NCBI GenBank assembly: GCA_964541375.1
Contig: CAZIPT010000002.1
Coordinates: forward strand, 445 to 64,444
From: an uncultured Eubacteriales bacterium
GTDB lineage: Bacteria > Actinomycetota > Coriobacteriia > Anaerosomatales > JAAXUF01
Length of the DNA stretch: 64,000 nt
Reading direction: 5' to 3'
Shown here: positions 1 to 8,990 of the stretch, piece after piece
Position numbering within the stretch: position 1 is the stretch's first letter
How the letters are laid out: every line of letters begins with the position of its first letter
Made by a program: the position numbers and the translations under genes
Notes under the pieces: model-generated
Databases searched by the model: none
What the model was told of the DNA's origin: nothing
The model's input: the letters and a program-made list of their open reading frames with translations, nothing else

Positions 1-847
1 CGACGGCATCGAGCTCCCTGCCGTCGAGGGCTTCTCGGCGGTTCCCGGGCACGGCGTCGAAGGAATGGTCGAGGGCAAGCGGGTCACGTTCGGCAACCGC
101 AAGCTCATGGCACGCGAGAACATCGACATCTCGGCGTTCGAGGAGCAGATCGCTGCTCTGGAGGACGCGGGCAAGACCGTCATGCTCGTTGGAGTCAACG
201 GCGTGAAGCTCGCCGGCATGATCGCGGTGGCCGACACGCTCAAGCCCAACTCCGCCGAGGCGGTACGCCGTCTGACCGAGATGGGCGTCAAGGTGTTCAT
301 GATCACCGGCGACAACGCACGCACCGCGCGCGCCATCGCCTCGGAAGCAGGTATCCCCGCCGAGCAGGTGCTAGCTGAGGTGCTGCCCGAGTTCAAAGCG
401 GCCGAAGTCAGCAAGCTGCAGGAGCAGGGGATGACGGTCGCGATGGTCGGCGACGGCATCAACGACACACCCGCCTTGGCGCAGGCCGACGTCGGTATCG
501 CAATGGGAGCCGGCACCGACGTCGCCATGGAGACCGGCGGCATCGTGCTCATCAAGAACGACCTGCGCGATGTCGTCACCGCCATCGAACTCTCCCGCGC
601 GACCATGGGCAAGATCCGCCAGAACTTCATCTGGGCGCTCGGCTACAACACGGTGCTCATGCCGGTTGCAGCTGTGGGCCTGCTTTCGCCGTACCCGTGG
701 GTTGCAGGCGCCGCGATGGCGTTCTCCAGCGTCTCGGTCGTTCTGAACTCGCTTCTTCTGCGGCGCTTCAAGCCCAGCTTGCGCACCGCCGACAAGACAC
801 CGCCCTCCGACACCACTCCGGTCACAGCCGAGCCCGTGGCCGCCTGA
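1..847 (+). CDS. Heavy-metal-translocating P1B-type ATPase, C-terminal part (5' end lies outside the window)
   Basis: The frame is open from the window edge. It carries the P-type hinge motif MVGDGINDTPALAQADVGIAMGAGTDVAME and two C-terminal hydrophobic helices. The metal-specificity motifs are upstream and not visible. Confidence 0.85.
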   Translation, partial: DGIELPAVEGFSAVPGHGVEGMVEGKRVTFGNRKLMARENIDISAFEEQIAALEDAGKTVMLVGVNGVKLAGMIAVADTLKPNSAEAVRRLTEMGVKVFMITGDNARTARAIASEAGIPAEQVLAEVLPEFKAAEVSKLQEQGMTVAMVGDGINDTPALAQADVGIAMGAGTDVAMETGGIVLIKNDLRDVVTAIELSRATMGKIRQNFIWALGYNTVLMPVAAVGLLSPYPWVAGAAMAFSSVSVVLNSLLLRRFKPSLRTADKTPPSDTTPVTAEPVAA

Positions 848-858
848 AAGGAACTCCC

Positions 859-1689
859 ATGAACCGAATCCTACGAATGAGCGCTCTACTCGCGGTTGCG
901 AGCGTCGTGTTGGTCTCGGCGGGCTGCATGTCGAGCAAACCGGCCGCTACCGATACCAGCAAGGTGTGGGGCTATGTCGCGGCCCCAGACAAGGCGCAGC
1001 TTGAGGTCGCGCCCGACCAGAACGGAGTCAAGGATCTCGTGGTCAAGCGTGTCCTTGCTCCGAGCGACGCGTGGGTGGTCGTGCACGCCGACATGAACGG
1101 CAAGCCGGGAATGCGCGTGGGTCTGGCGCACGTGAAGAAGGGCGAGTCCCTCAACGTAAAGGTGCCGCTCAAGGACCTCACAACACCCAAGGTCATCGTC
1201 GCGCTCCACGCTGACAAGGGCACGCCTGAGACGTTCGACTTCGACATGATGAACAAGGAGATGAGCCTCGACCGTCCGTTCTTCGTCAACGGCAATGAAC
1301 TGGCGAAGGTCGTCACGGTGCGCGACTACGGCGTCAAGTCGACCTCCGCATCGGCCTCTATTGAGGCTTCGCCGCAGCCGGGCGCGACCAACCAGCTCAT
1401 CGTATCGAGCGTGAACGCACCAACCGACGCGTGGGTCGTCGTCCACCTTGAGAAGGACGGAGGCCCCGGTCAGCGGATCGGTCTCGTGCATGTGCGCTCG
1501 GGCCAGAGCACGGATGTCGTAGTTCCGCTCGAGCCGGTCAAGTTGACGCCCAACGTCATCGTCGCGCTTCACGCCGACAAGGGCGATCAGGGGCTGTTCG
1601 AGTTCGATATGGATGACAAGATCAACAGCGTCGATCAGCCGTTCTTCGTCAACGGCAAGGAGGTCGCCATCAAGGTGGCTGTGAAGTAA
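859..1689 (+). CDS. Lipoprotein made of two tandem ~120-aa beta-rich repeats (family not assigned)
   Basis: The ATG sits 12 nt after the ATPase stop. Signal peptide with lipobox LVSAGC. Internal duplication: WVVVHADMNGKPG...VIVALHADKG..FDFD...DRPFFVNG versus WVVVHLEKDGGPG...VIVALHADKG..FEFD...DQPFFVNG. Confidence 0.7.
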   Translation: MNRILRMSALLAVASVVLVSAGCMSSKPAATDTSKVWGYVAAPDKAQLEVAPDQNGVKDLVVKRVLAPSDAWVVVHADMNGKPGMRVGLAHVKKGESLNVKVPLKDLTTPKVIVALHADKGTPETFDFDMMNKEMSLDRPFFVNGNELAKVVTVRDYGVKSTSASASIEASPQPGATNQLIVSSVNAPTDAWVVVHLEKDGGPGQRIGLVHVRSGQSTDVVVPLEPVKLTPNVIVALHADKGDQGLFEFDMDDKINSVDQPFFVNGKEVAIKVAVK

Positions 1690-1792
1690 CCTGCAGTTGT
1701 CCACAAAACACGGGATGGGCCGTCCTCGTGGGCGGCCCATTGCCTGTTCTGGCCTGCTGTCCTCAGCCTGCGACCCGGGAGGAGATTCGTTC

Positions 1793-2632
1793 GTGCGCCG
1801 CTTCTCCGGTCTCCTCCTCGCGCTGATGATCCCTCTACTGGGCATAGCCGTCGCTGGGTGCGCCTCCGCGACATCCAGCCGATCCGACCAGGGGCAGGTC
1901 TGGGGTTTCGTCTCATCGGCGAAGAATGCGCAACTCATCGTCGATGAGAACAAGTCCAGCGTGCTCGCGGTCAACCTCTCCAAAGTGGTTGCCCCTGAGG
2001 CTGCGTGGGTGTGCGTGTACGAGAACGTTGAGGGCAAGGTTGGTGACATGGTTGGGCAGACCCGCGTTGAGCGCGGTGTCACCGAGAACGTGGAGGTGCC
2101 CCTCAGACCTGGCACGTCGGACAAGGTGTTCGTGCTGATGCACGCGGATCGCGGCAAGCCCAAGGTGTTCGAGTTCGACCAGCGACGCAAAGACGACAGT
2201 CCGGACAGGCCGGTCTTTGTCGGCGGTAGCGAACTGGTTGCGGCGGTCACGCTCAGGGGATACGGGGTCAAGGCGATCCCGGGAACGGCGCAGGTCGCCG
2301 TCTACCGACAAGGCAAGATCGACACCACCGTTACCGTTGGAAAGATAGTCGCACCTGCCAATTCGTGGATTGTGGCGCAGCTGCGCCAGAACGGCCGGCC
2401 CGGCAAGGTCCTGGGGTTTGCCCCGGTTCCAGCCGGCACCCAACTGGACTATCCGCTCAACCTGACCACCGGCTCGCCGCGCCAGAACTTCTTCGTAACG
2501 CTCTTCGCCGATTCCGGAGTGGCGGGCAGATTCGAATTCGATCCGGCAGCGCCGCTTTCGAGTGCCGATCAGCCCTATTTCGTGGACGGCGCGCCGGTCT
2601 GGTCCGAGGTACCGGTCGGCAAGAAGAACTGA
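1793..2632 (+). CDS. Paralogous two-repeat lipoprotein
   Basis: GTG start with GGGAGGAG about 8 nt upstream. Lipobox IAVAGC. Same two-module architecture as 859-1689 (VFVLMHADRGKPKVFEFD...DRPVFVGG; FFVTLFADSG..FEFD...DQPYFVDG). Confidence 0.65.
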   Translation: MRRFSGLLLALMIPLLGIAVAGCASATSSRSDQGQVWGFVSSAKNAQLIVDENKSSVLAVNLSKVVAPEAAWVCVYENVEGKVGDMVGQTRVERGVTENVEVPLRPGTSDKVFVLMHADRGKPKVFEFDQRRKDDSPDRPVFVGGSELVAAVTLRGYGVKAIPGTAQVAVYRQGKIDTTVTVGKIVAPANSWIVAQLRQNGRPGKVLGFAPVPAGTQLDYPLNLTTGSPRQNFFVTLFADSGVAGRFEFDPAAPLSSADQPYFVDGAPVWSEVPVGKKN

Positions 2633-2695
2633 CCCTCACGACGCCCTGCGGTGGCTTCTCGCGAGGGACATGGCACCGAATCGATCATCGAGAGG

Positions 2696-3328
2696 ATGGC
2701 AATGCGTGTATTGGTCTTCGGTGCGGCGGGCCGCACCGGAAAGCACATCGTCGAGAGGGCGCTCGGCCATGGCCACGAGGTCACGGCCTTCCTCCACCTG
2801 CAACCTCTCGAGCTCGCGGACGAAGGCCTGCGAACCGTCTCAGGGGACGTGCGTGACTTCGAAGCGGTACTCGCCGCGGTCACCGGCAAGCACGCCGTAG
2901 CGTTCGCAATCTCGCAGGGCTCGGGGTCGGGCCACGACATCCACGAGGCCGGGATCGCCAACGTGATCCACGCGATGGCCGAGACGATGGTCTCTCGGCT
3001 TGCGGCCGTCAGTGCGGCCGGAACGTTCGCTCGGAAGGACAAGCACCTGACTCTCAAGCAGCGTACGCTCGCAGCCACGGCACTTCGCGTCGTCTATGAC
3101 GATCTCGAGGCGATGGAGACCCGAATCATGGCCTCCGACCTTGACTGGACGATCGTACGGCCGGTGGCGCTCACCAACGATCCGCCGAGCGGCCACTATC
3201 GCGTGCCGCTCGATGGTCAGGTGCCCGTCAAGAGCTCAAAGATCGCGCGCGCTGACGTCGCGTCTCTTGTGGTCAAGGCGCTGGAGACCGACACCTACTG
3301 GCGCCGCGCCGTCGTGATCGCCGAGTAG
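2696..3328 (+). CDS. NAD(P)-binding Rossmann-fold oxidoreductase (NmrA / atypical SDR-like)
   Basis: N-terminal MRVLVFGAAGRTGKHIVERAL glycine-rich dinucleotide motif. Length is about 210 aa. The start could be 2696 or 2702. Confidence 0.7.
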   Translation: MAMRVLVFGAAGRTGKHIVERALGHGHEVTAFLHLQPLELADEGLRTVSGDVRDFEAVLAAVTGKHAVAFAISQGSGSGHDIHEAGIANVIHAMAETMVSRLAAVSAAGTFARKDKHLTLKQRTLAATALRVVYDDLEAMETRIMASDLDWTIVRPVALTNDPPSGHYRVPLDGQVPVKSSKIARADVASLVVKALETDTYWRRAVVIAE

Positions 3329-3436
3329 CCCGGCAAACGCGGGCTGCCCACCGGGCCGTTCACGGTCGTTCGGACGCCGAGCACTGGGGAACAAACCCTT
3401 CGGTGAGTCTTACTTCGCCGTTGCGGAAGGAAAGGG

Positions 3437-4210
3437 ATGGACCGAACCGCACGCTCGCGACGCATGGGCCGCCCGTTCGCTGTCCTTCTGGCTATCGTGC
3501 TGGGCACACTGGTGCTGCCCACAACCGCGCTGGCCCACGTGCCGTTCATCGAGTCGGCTCAGTTGTCGGACTCGCTCGGCACGCGCGACGTGCCCTACCC
3601 GCAGGCCCAGACGCTACCGTCACCGGCGATCTCGCGAGCGATCTACGGCTATCTCGCGCCCGGCGCCAAGTTCGACGCCTACACCTTCACGGTGGAACGC
3701 GAAGTCACCACCGACGTGGCGCTCATCGTGCCCAAGCGCATGGGCCTGCAGACGTTTCGCCCCACGTTGCGCATCTATGCCGAGGGTACCGACAAGTCGG
3801 TTCTTGTCCCCGATCCGGGCGCACAGCCAAGAACGAGCTTCTATGAGCCGTTCTCGGTCGCCAGCTTCTGGGAAGGGCCATCCGTGACGGCAACGTTTGC
3901 GCCCGGCGAGCGCTACTACGTCGTAGTCGAGCCGCCCGCCACCGGACGAACCAGCGGCGCCTACGCTCTGACCTTCGGCGGTGCCGAGCAGTTCTCGGCG
4001 AGTGATTGGGCTTCTGCGGCAGCCGCGATGCCCACGATCTGGCTCGGCTCGTGGGCCGGAGGACCGGTGCGGCCGGGAATCAACGTCTGCGGTGTCGTGC
4101 TGGTTGTGCTGACAGGGGTTGCCGTCTGGCTGTGGATGCGCCGAAAGCGTCGGCGTGCGCTCCCTACGGAAGAGCCGATGGAAGCCGCGCCGCCGGATGA
4201 TCCGACCTAG
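3437..4210 (+). CDS. Exported protein with a C-terminal membrane anchor, function unknown
   Basis: GGAAGGAAAGGG lies upstream of the ATG. Signal peptide ends in TTALA/HVPF. The C-terminal hydrophobic helix is followed by RRKRRR. Confidence 0.6.
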   Translation: MDRTARSRRMGRPFAVLLAIVLGTLVLPTTALAHVPFIESAQLSDSLGTRDVPYPQAQTLPSPAISRAIYGYLAPGAKFDAYTFTVEREVTTDVALIVPKRMGLQTFRPTLRIYAEGTDKSVLVPDPGAQPRTSFYEPFSVASFWEGPSVTATFAPGERYYVVVEPPATGRTSGAYALTFGGAEQFSASDWASAAAAMPTIWLGSWAGGPVRPGINVCGVVLVVLTGVAVWLWMRRKRRRALPTEEPMEAAPPDDPT

Positions 4211-4220
4211 CGCCTGAGGG

Positions 4221-4715
4221 CTACCAGCCCATCGTACCCGGCGAACCCTTGAACGGGCCGACGACTTCGCTGGTGATCCACCCGCCATAGAAGTGGCCAG
4301 GCTGGGCCGTGACAACCTCGCCATCGACCGTGCACTGCTCCATTGCTTGCGGGTAGAACGCGACGCAGTCCTTCAGAACCTCGTAGTCGGCGTTGGGATG
4401 CGGGTAGTACCATGCGGCGTTCTTCGCCTGCTGGTCGCCGACGACCACGTCGAAATAGGAGGCGGTTCCCTTGTACTCACAGACCGTGTGGTGGGAGGTG
4501 GGTCGGAGCACCTGGCCGTCGACCTCAGCGAGCGGGATGTAGTAGACGGGCGGGTGGCTCGTCTCCATCACCTTGACCGGACGGTTGGTTGTCGCCACAA
4601 TCCGCCCGGCGAACCTCACGACTACCTTGCGATCCACCTCGACGGCTGCGGGTGGCCGAGGGTAGTCCCATGCGGACTCCTGTCCTGGTCCGGGCTCGAT
4701 CCGAGTGGGGCTCAT
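4221..4715 (-). CDS. DUF427-family protein
   Basis: 164 aa. The pattern ...VVRFAGRIVATTNRPVKVMETSHPPVYYIPLAEV...CEYKGTASYFDV...AWYYP is as I remember for DUF427. Confidence 0.6.
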   Translation of the reverse strand: MSPTRIEPGPGQESAWDYPRPPAAVEVDRKVVVRFAGRIVATTNRPVKVMETSHPPVYYIPLAEVDGQVLRPTSHHTVCEYKGTASYFDVVVGDQQAKNAAWYYPHPNADYEVLKDCVAFYPQAMEQCTVDGEVVTAQPGHFYGGWITSEVVGPFKGSPGTMGW

Positions 4716-4769
4716 GCAGTGGCCTTTCGTCGGGGTACTCTGTTCTGTCTACCCGCGATGAGCTTCCGC

Positions 4770-5723
4770 CTAGACCACGGGTTTCGCGGGTGGTTCTTCG
4801 GAGGAGTGGGGGAGGCGGTCCGCGATCTCGGAAGCGCGCTCGCGTAGCGCCGCCAGGACCGCTGAGATTCCCGGGTTGTCGCGGCTGCCTCGGCGGATGG
4901 TCGCCCAAATGGTCCTGTCCAGCTCAAGGTCTGAGATGCGCGTGACCTCGACGTTGGGATAGCTGCCGATGAGCGCAAGCGGGGGGACGAGCGCTACACC
5001 CAGCCCGGCACCTACAGCGGCCAGGATCACCTGGAAGTCCATGGAGTGAAAGTCGGTGCGAGGCTCGTAGCCTTGCCGACGGGTGGCGGCCACGACCAGG
5101 TCCAACATCGAAGTCGAGTCTCGGCCGACGATCCACTCCTCGTCGGCGAGCTGGGCAAGCATGACCGGACCGCTGCCCGCCAGTGCATGGTTCGCAGGCA
5201 GAGCAAGGTAGACCGGCTCGGTGAAGAGTTCTTCGCGCTCGATGCCGGCGTCGATGAGGTGCGGGAGCAAACCCCACTCGTACGTGACGACCACGTCGAG
5301 CTCTGCCGCCTTCAGCGCCGGAAGTGACTCCTCCGGCTCGAGGTCAACCATCGAGACACGGAGATTGGGGTGGCGGTCCCTGAGCCCCGGAAGTGCCGGG
5401 ACAAGCAGCGCGCGAGCCGCGGTGGGAAACGCCGAGACCCGAACCCGACCCACTACTCCGCGGGAGGCCGAGGCCAGATCAGCCTCGGCCCGTTCGATGT
5501 CGGCGAGGATGCGTTCCGTGTTGGCGACCAACCTGATTCCCGCGTCGGTCAGACGAACACCCCGCCCCCGACGCTCCAACAATGGGGTGCCGGCCTCCCG
5601 CTCCAGAACCGACATCTGCTGAGAGACCGCGCTGGGGGTCATGAAGAGCGACTCGGCGGCTGCGGCGATCGTGCCGCGCGCCGAGACCTCCCTGAGCATT
5701 CGGAGCCTCGTCACGTTTAACAT
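4770..5723 (-). CDS. LysR-family transcriptional regulator
   Basis: N-terminal HTH MLNVTRLRMLREVSARGTIAAAAESLFMTPSAVSQQMSVLE plus a LysR substrate-binding-type C-terminus. Start chosen at the internal Met. The ORF track extends to 5759. Confidence 0.85.
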   Translation of the reverse strand: MLNVTRLRMLREVSARGTIAAAAESLFMTPSAVSQQMSVLEREAGTPLLERRGRGVRLTDAGIRLVANTERILADIERAEADLASASRGVVGRVRVSAFPTAARALLVPALPGLRDRHPNLRVSMVDLEPEESLPALKAAELDVVVTYEWGLLPHLIDAGIEREELFTEPVYLALPANHALAGSGPVMLAQLADEEWIVGRDSTSMLDLVVAATRRQGYEPRTDFHSMDFQVILAAVGAGLGVALVPPLALIGSYPNVEVTRISDLELDRTIWATIRRGSRDNPGISAVLAALRERASEIADRLPHSSEEPPAKPVV

Positions 5724-5841
5724 GTAGCTGAGCTTACGATATGCATTAGAAACAGGCAATTGTTCTTTAGCATCAAAGGTATGAAGATAGCTCTAGAACA
5801 GACGCGGTGACCGATCCCGCCGCATGAAGGAGGCGTTTCGC

Positions 5842-5940
5842 ATGAATGACAGCTTCAGCGCAGGTAGCGTGTTCTACGGTCGCACGCTGGCCATCATGGG
5901 CGGAATCCTGGCCCTGGCGGTTGTGCTCAACCTAATCTAG
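5842..5940 (+). CDS. Candidate 32-aa hydrophobic small protein
   Basis: GAAGGAGG lies 7 nt upstream of the ATG. Product is MNDSFSAGSVFYGRTLAIMGGILALAVVLNLI. It is divergent from the LysR gene and is followed by the hairpin at 5993-6020. Not in the ORF track because it is too short. Confidence 0.35.
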   Translation: MNDSFSAGSVFYGRTLAIMGGILALAVVLNLI

Positions 5941-5992
5941 TCCCCCTTGCAGTCGCCGCCGGCCATCCCCCGGCGCGACGGCTAGAACAAAC

Positions 5993-6020
5993 GGCGCCCC
6001 ACGGACTTCCTTGGGGCGCC
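5993..6020. terminator. GC-rich hairpin between the small ORF and the convergent hydrolase gene
   Basis: GGCGCCCC-(12 nt)-GGGGCGCC, an 8-bp stem followed by TATTCATTTCC on the + strand. Confidence 0.4.
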
Positions 6021-6079
6021 TATTCATTTCCGAGGATGCCGCATGCGTTTTGGGATTGCCGTCGACGCTCGTCCGACCG

Positions 6080-7042
6080 CTAGGCGTCTCCCTGCCTGTC
6101 GGACCATCGGCCGAGCTCCGGGTAGTAGCCGCCTCCGGGCGTGGGGGCGTCCAGCGTGCCGTGCGGCGGTGGAGTCAGGCCGAGAACCGGCCAGAGTTCG
6201 TCTCGGACTCGATCCATCGCGTCGTGGTTGTCGCCGTTGGGCTCGAACACGTCGTGCGTGAAACCGAGGGACTTGCTGAGCTCGACCACCTCGGTCAACT
6301 CGGCCACCGGCTCGAGTTGCGAGGTCACGAATCGAGCCGCGACGTCGTTCCGCACAGCGATATCTGCCTCGTTCAGCACCAGAAGCACTCGGTCCAGTTT
6401 GGTCTTGCGCGCCGCATCCGTGCGTTCAACCTGCCTGCGGAAAGCGATCTGAGCCCCGATCGCCTTCATCGAGAACTTGGGCGTCGCCCAGGTTCCGGCG
6501 ACCTCCTTCTCGTGGAGCTTCGGGTTCCACCACGAGTACACGTCAGGGAGCGCGCGCATGGCGGCGTCGAAGGGGGCGTCGACCCACTCGGGCACGGACT
6601 TGGGCTGGATGAACGGGGAGACGAGACGGACCTCGGCGACCTCGTCACGCATCTTCCCCATGTATGAGGCCAACAGTCCGCCGAGCGAAAGGCCGACCAC
6701 GACAACCCTCTCGCCGAGGCCGGCTGCGGCCTCAGCGACCTCGTTGCAGAACTCCTCGAACACTTCCGGAGTCAGGTTACTGAGCTCTCGCGTCAGAGGA
6801 TCTGCGTAGCCGTGGTACGGAATCCGTGGAACCAGCACGTTGGCCCCGTCGTCGAAGAATGCCTGAGCGACCTCCCTGAACTGCGCTGGGGCGTTGGTGT
6901 AGCCGTGGATCATCACGTACGCCTGCGGGGTGGGCGTGTCGTGACTCAGAAGCTGGGTTCTGCACGCCGGGGCGATTGACTCGTCGTCCTTCTCCATGAT
7001 CTGGGCGACCCGTTCGAGGGAACCTTGCCACGTGGGAACCAT
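6080..7042 (-). CDS. Alpha/beta-hydrolase fold protein
   Basis: HGYTNAP oxyanion-type motif and the GLSLGG nucleophile elbow (GxSxG). GGAGG lies upstream of the ATG. Confidence 0.7.
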   Translation of the reverse strand: MVPTWQGSLERVAQIMEKDDESIAPACRTQLLSHDTPTPQAYVMIHGYTNAPAQFREVAQAFFDDGANVLVPRIPYHGYADPLTRELSNLTPEVFEEFCNEVAEAAAGLGERVVVVGLSLGGLLASYMGKMRDEVAEVRLVSPFIQPKSVPEWVDAPFDAAMRALPDVYSWWNPKLHEKEVAGTWATPKFSMKAIGAQIAFRRQVERTDAARKTKLDRVLLVLNEADIAVRNDVAARFVTSQLEPVAELTEVVELSKSLGFTHDVFEPNGDNHDAMDRVRDELWPVLGLTPPPHGTLDAPTPGGGYYPELGRWSDRQGDA

Positions 7043-7262
7043 GTACGTACCTCCAGGTCCGGGAGTAGCGTCCGCGAGCGGTGCACGCGGCTATGCGCCG
7101 CCCCGTTCAACAGACAACCTACCCCAAACGGGGCCCAACCGCTTCGGGTGGGGCGACGCCGCGGCCCCGGTGAAGAACAGTGACTTCTCGGCGAGGAGGC
7201 GCTACACTACGCTGGAGTGATAGAGTGCTCGAAGACACATCCACACAAAGAGGAGCCTCCTG

Positions 7263-8135
7263 ATGCTGACCATCGCCCTTCCCAAAGGCTCGCTTGAAGA
7301 GCAGACGATGCTCCTGTTCGCTCAGGCCGATCTAGAGGTCAAGAAGTCCAGCCGAGAGTACAACCCTACGATCAGCGATCCTCGCGTCGGCAAGGTCAAG
7401 ATCCTGCGTCCGCAGGAGATTCCCGTCTTTGTGCAGGACGGCGACTTCGATCTGGGGATCTCCGGCTTCGACTGGGTGACCGAGACCGGGGCCGACGTTG
7501 TCGAGGTCGCCGACATGCCGTACGCCAAGACGGGGACCGGCTTGGTCAGCATGGTGCTGGCGGTGCCCGACGACTCGACGGTGCAGTCGGCCGCCGACAT
7601 CGCGCCGGGCAGCAGAATCACGACCGAGTTCCCCAACGTGACGCGCCGCTACTTCGAGGAGCTCGGAATCCCTGTCGAGGTGTTCTTCAGCTACGGCGCC
7701 ACCGAAGCCAAGGTCCCCGACATGATGGACGCGCTCGTCGATCTCACTGAGACCGGCTCGACCCTGCGACGTAACGGTCTCAAGATCGTCGACACCGTGC
7801 TCACTTCCACCACTCGGCTACTTGCCAACAAGGCTGCGTGGGCCGATCCGCTCAAGCGTCGCGAGATCGAGGAGATCCGCACGCTGCTGCTGGGCGTCAT
7901 CGAGGCCCGCGGCCGCGTGCTCCTGTCGATGAACGTTCCCGAGAGCCGTCTCGCCGAGGTCATAGCAGCGCTGCCGGCCATGAAGCATCCGACCGTCGCC
8001 AAGCTGTACGGCTCCGACGATCTTGAGGTGACGACCGTCGCCGACAAGGCAGGCGTCAACATACTGATCCCGCAGCTGAAGGCGGCAGGCGCCGAGGACA
8101 TCCTGGAGATGCCGATCAGCAAGATCGTCCGCTAG
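7263..8135 (+). CDS. hisG: ATP phosphoribosyltransferase, long form
   Basis: MLTIALPKGSLEEQT... N-terminus and the TGSTLRRNGLK PRPP-loop motif. At 290 aa it includes the C-terminal regulatory domain. AGAGGAG lies upstream. Confidence 0.85.
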   Translation: MLTIALPKGSLEEQTMLLFAQADLEVKKSSREYNPTISDPRVGKVKILRPQEIPVFVQDGDFDLGISGFDWVTETGADVVEVADMPYAKTGTGLVSMVLAVPDDSTVQSAADIAPGSRITTEFPNVTRRYFEELGIPVEVFFSYGATEAKVPDMMDALVDLTETGSTLRRNGLKIVDTVLTSTTRLLANKAAWADPLKRREIEEIRTLLLGVIEARGRVLLSMNVPESRLAEVIAALPAMKHPTVAKLYGSDDLEVTTVADKAGVNILIPQLKAAGAEDILEMPISKIVR

Positions 8136-8192
8136 CCCCACCGAACCTGTCGGCTCGAACGAGGCGCGTCCTGTGGCACACTGGGTCGGGGA

Positions 8193-8948
8193 TTGGCGGT
8201 TCTGCCGAAAAGGGGCGACGCGACGTTGGGCCAGGAGATCTTCCGTGACGTGATGCTCCTGGTGTTCGTTGCCTTCATGTCGCTGATTGCGAACATGAGC
8301 GCGCTGGTGTGGGGGCCCAATATGGCCTACCTGCTTCAGAAGCGGAGACCGCTCGCGCGCTCGGTCGCCTACACCGTGGGGCGCGGTCTCACGCTCACGA
8401 TCGCGAGCGTCGTCATCGTCTGGACGCTGATCAGGACTGATTCGGGAGTGGACGGGCTTGCCGATCAGGTCACGGCGGTGGCGCACAAACCCCATCCCGT
8501 GATCAGCGTCCTTGTCGGACTCGGCATCGCGATCGTCGCCGCGTGGGTCTGGAAGCGCCCGCCCGGGTTCTTGGTTTCGAAGACGCCGGCGCCGGTCGAT
8601 GACTCTGCAGCGAGGATATGGCCTGCGTTCGTCATGGGCATCACGATTCTGTTCGCGAACATCCTGGAGTTCGCGTGGCAGGTCGTCGGCGTTGGCAGCG
8701 CCGTTGTCGGCTCAGGGCACAATCCGCTGGTCTACGTACCGGCGGTCATCCTCTGGACCAGCCTCGGCACCGCCGCACTTTGGGGCCCCGCAGTAGCCTT
8801 CGTGTTGGCACCACGCTGGGCTACCGAGCGGTTCGAGCGGGCGACCGCCCGCATCCCCACGTTCAAACCGTGGCAAGTCGCGCTGCCGCTGGCGCTGTTC
8901 GGACTCCTCTTCGCGGTCTTCGGTGTGTGGCGGTTCATGCGGGGATAG
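8193..8948 (+). CDS. Polytopic membrane protein (possibly GAP/Sap-like family)
   Basis: About six hydrophobic segments. The family assignment is from memory only and the start is uncertain. Confidence 0.45.
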   Translation: MAVLPKRGDATLGQEIFRDVMLLVFVAFMSLIANMSALVWGPNMAYLLQKRRPLARSVAYTVGRGLTLTIASVVIVWTLIRTDSGVDGLADQVTAVAHKPHPVISVLVGLGIAIVAAWVWKRPPGFLVSKTPAPVDDSAARIWPAFVMGITILFANILEFAWQVVGVGSAVVGSGHNPLVYVPAVILWTSLGTAALWGPAVAFVLAPRWATERFERATARIPTFKPWQVALPLALFGLLFAVFGVWRFMRG

Positions 8949-8990
8949 CCACGGGCGCCGTCGATGAGCGGACCGAGGACCGATTCCGGG

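Noticed and set aside
886-2271. 461-aa minus-strand ORF overlapping both repeat-lipoprotein genes.
   Set aside because: It is antisense to two ORFs with clear signal peptides, lipoboxes and internal repeats. Its translation is Arg/Ser/Pro-rich and low in complexity. This is the typical shadow ORF of a high-GC genome.
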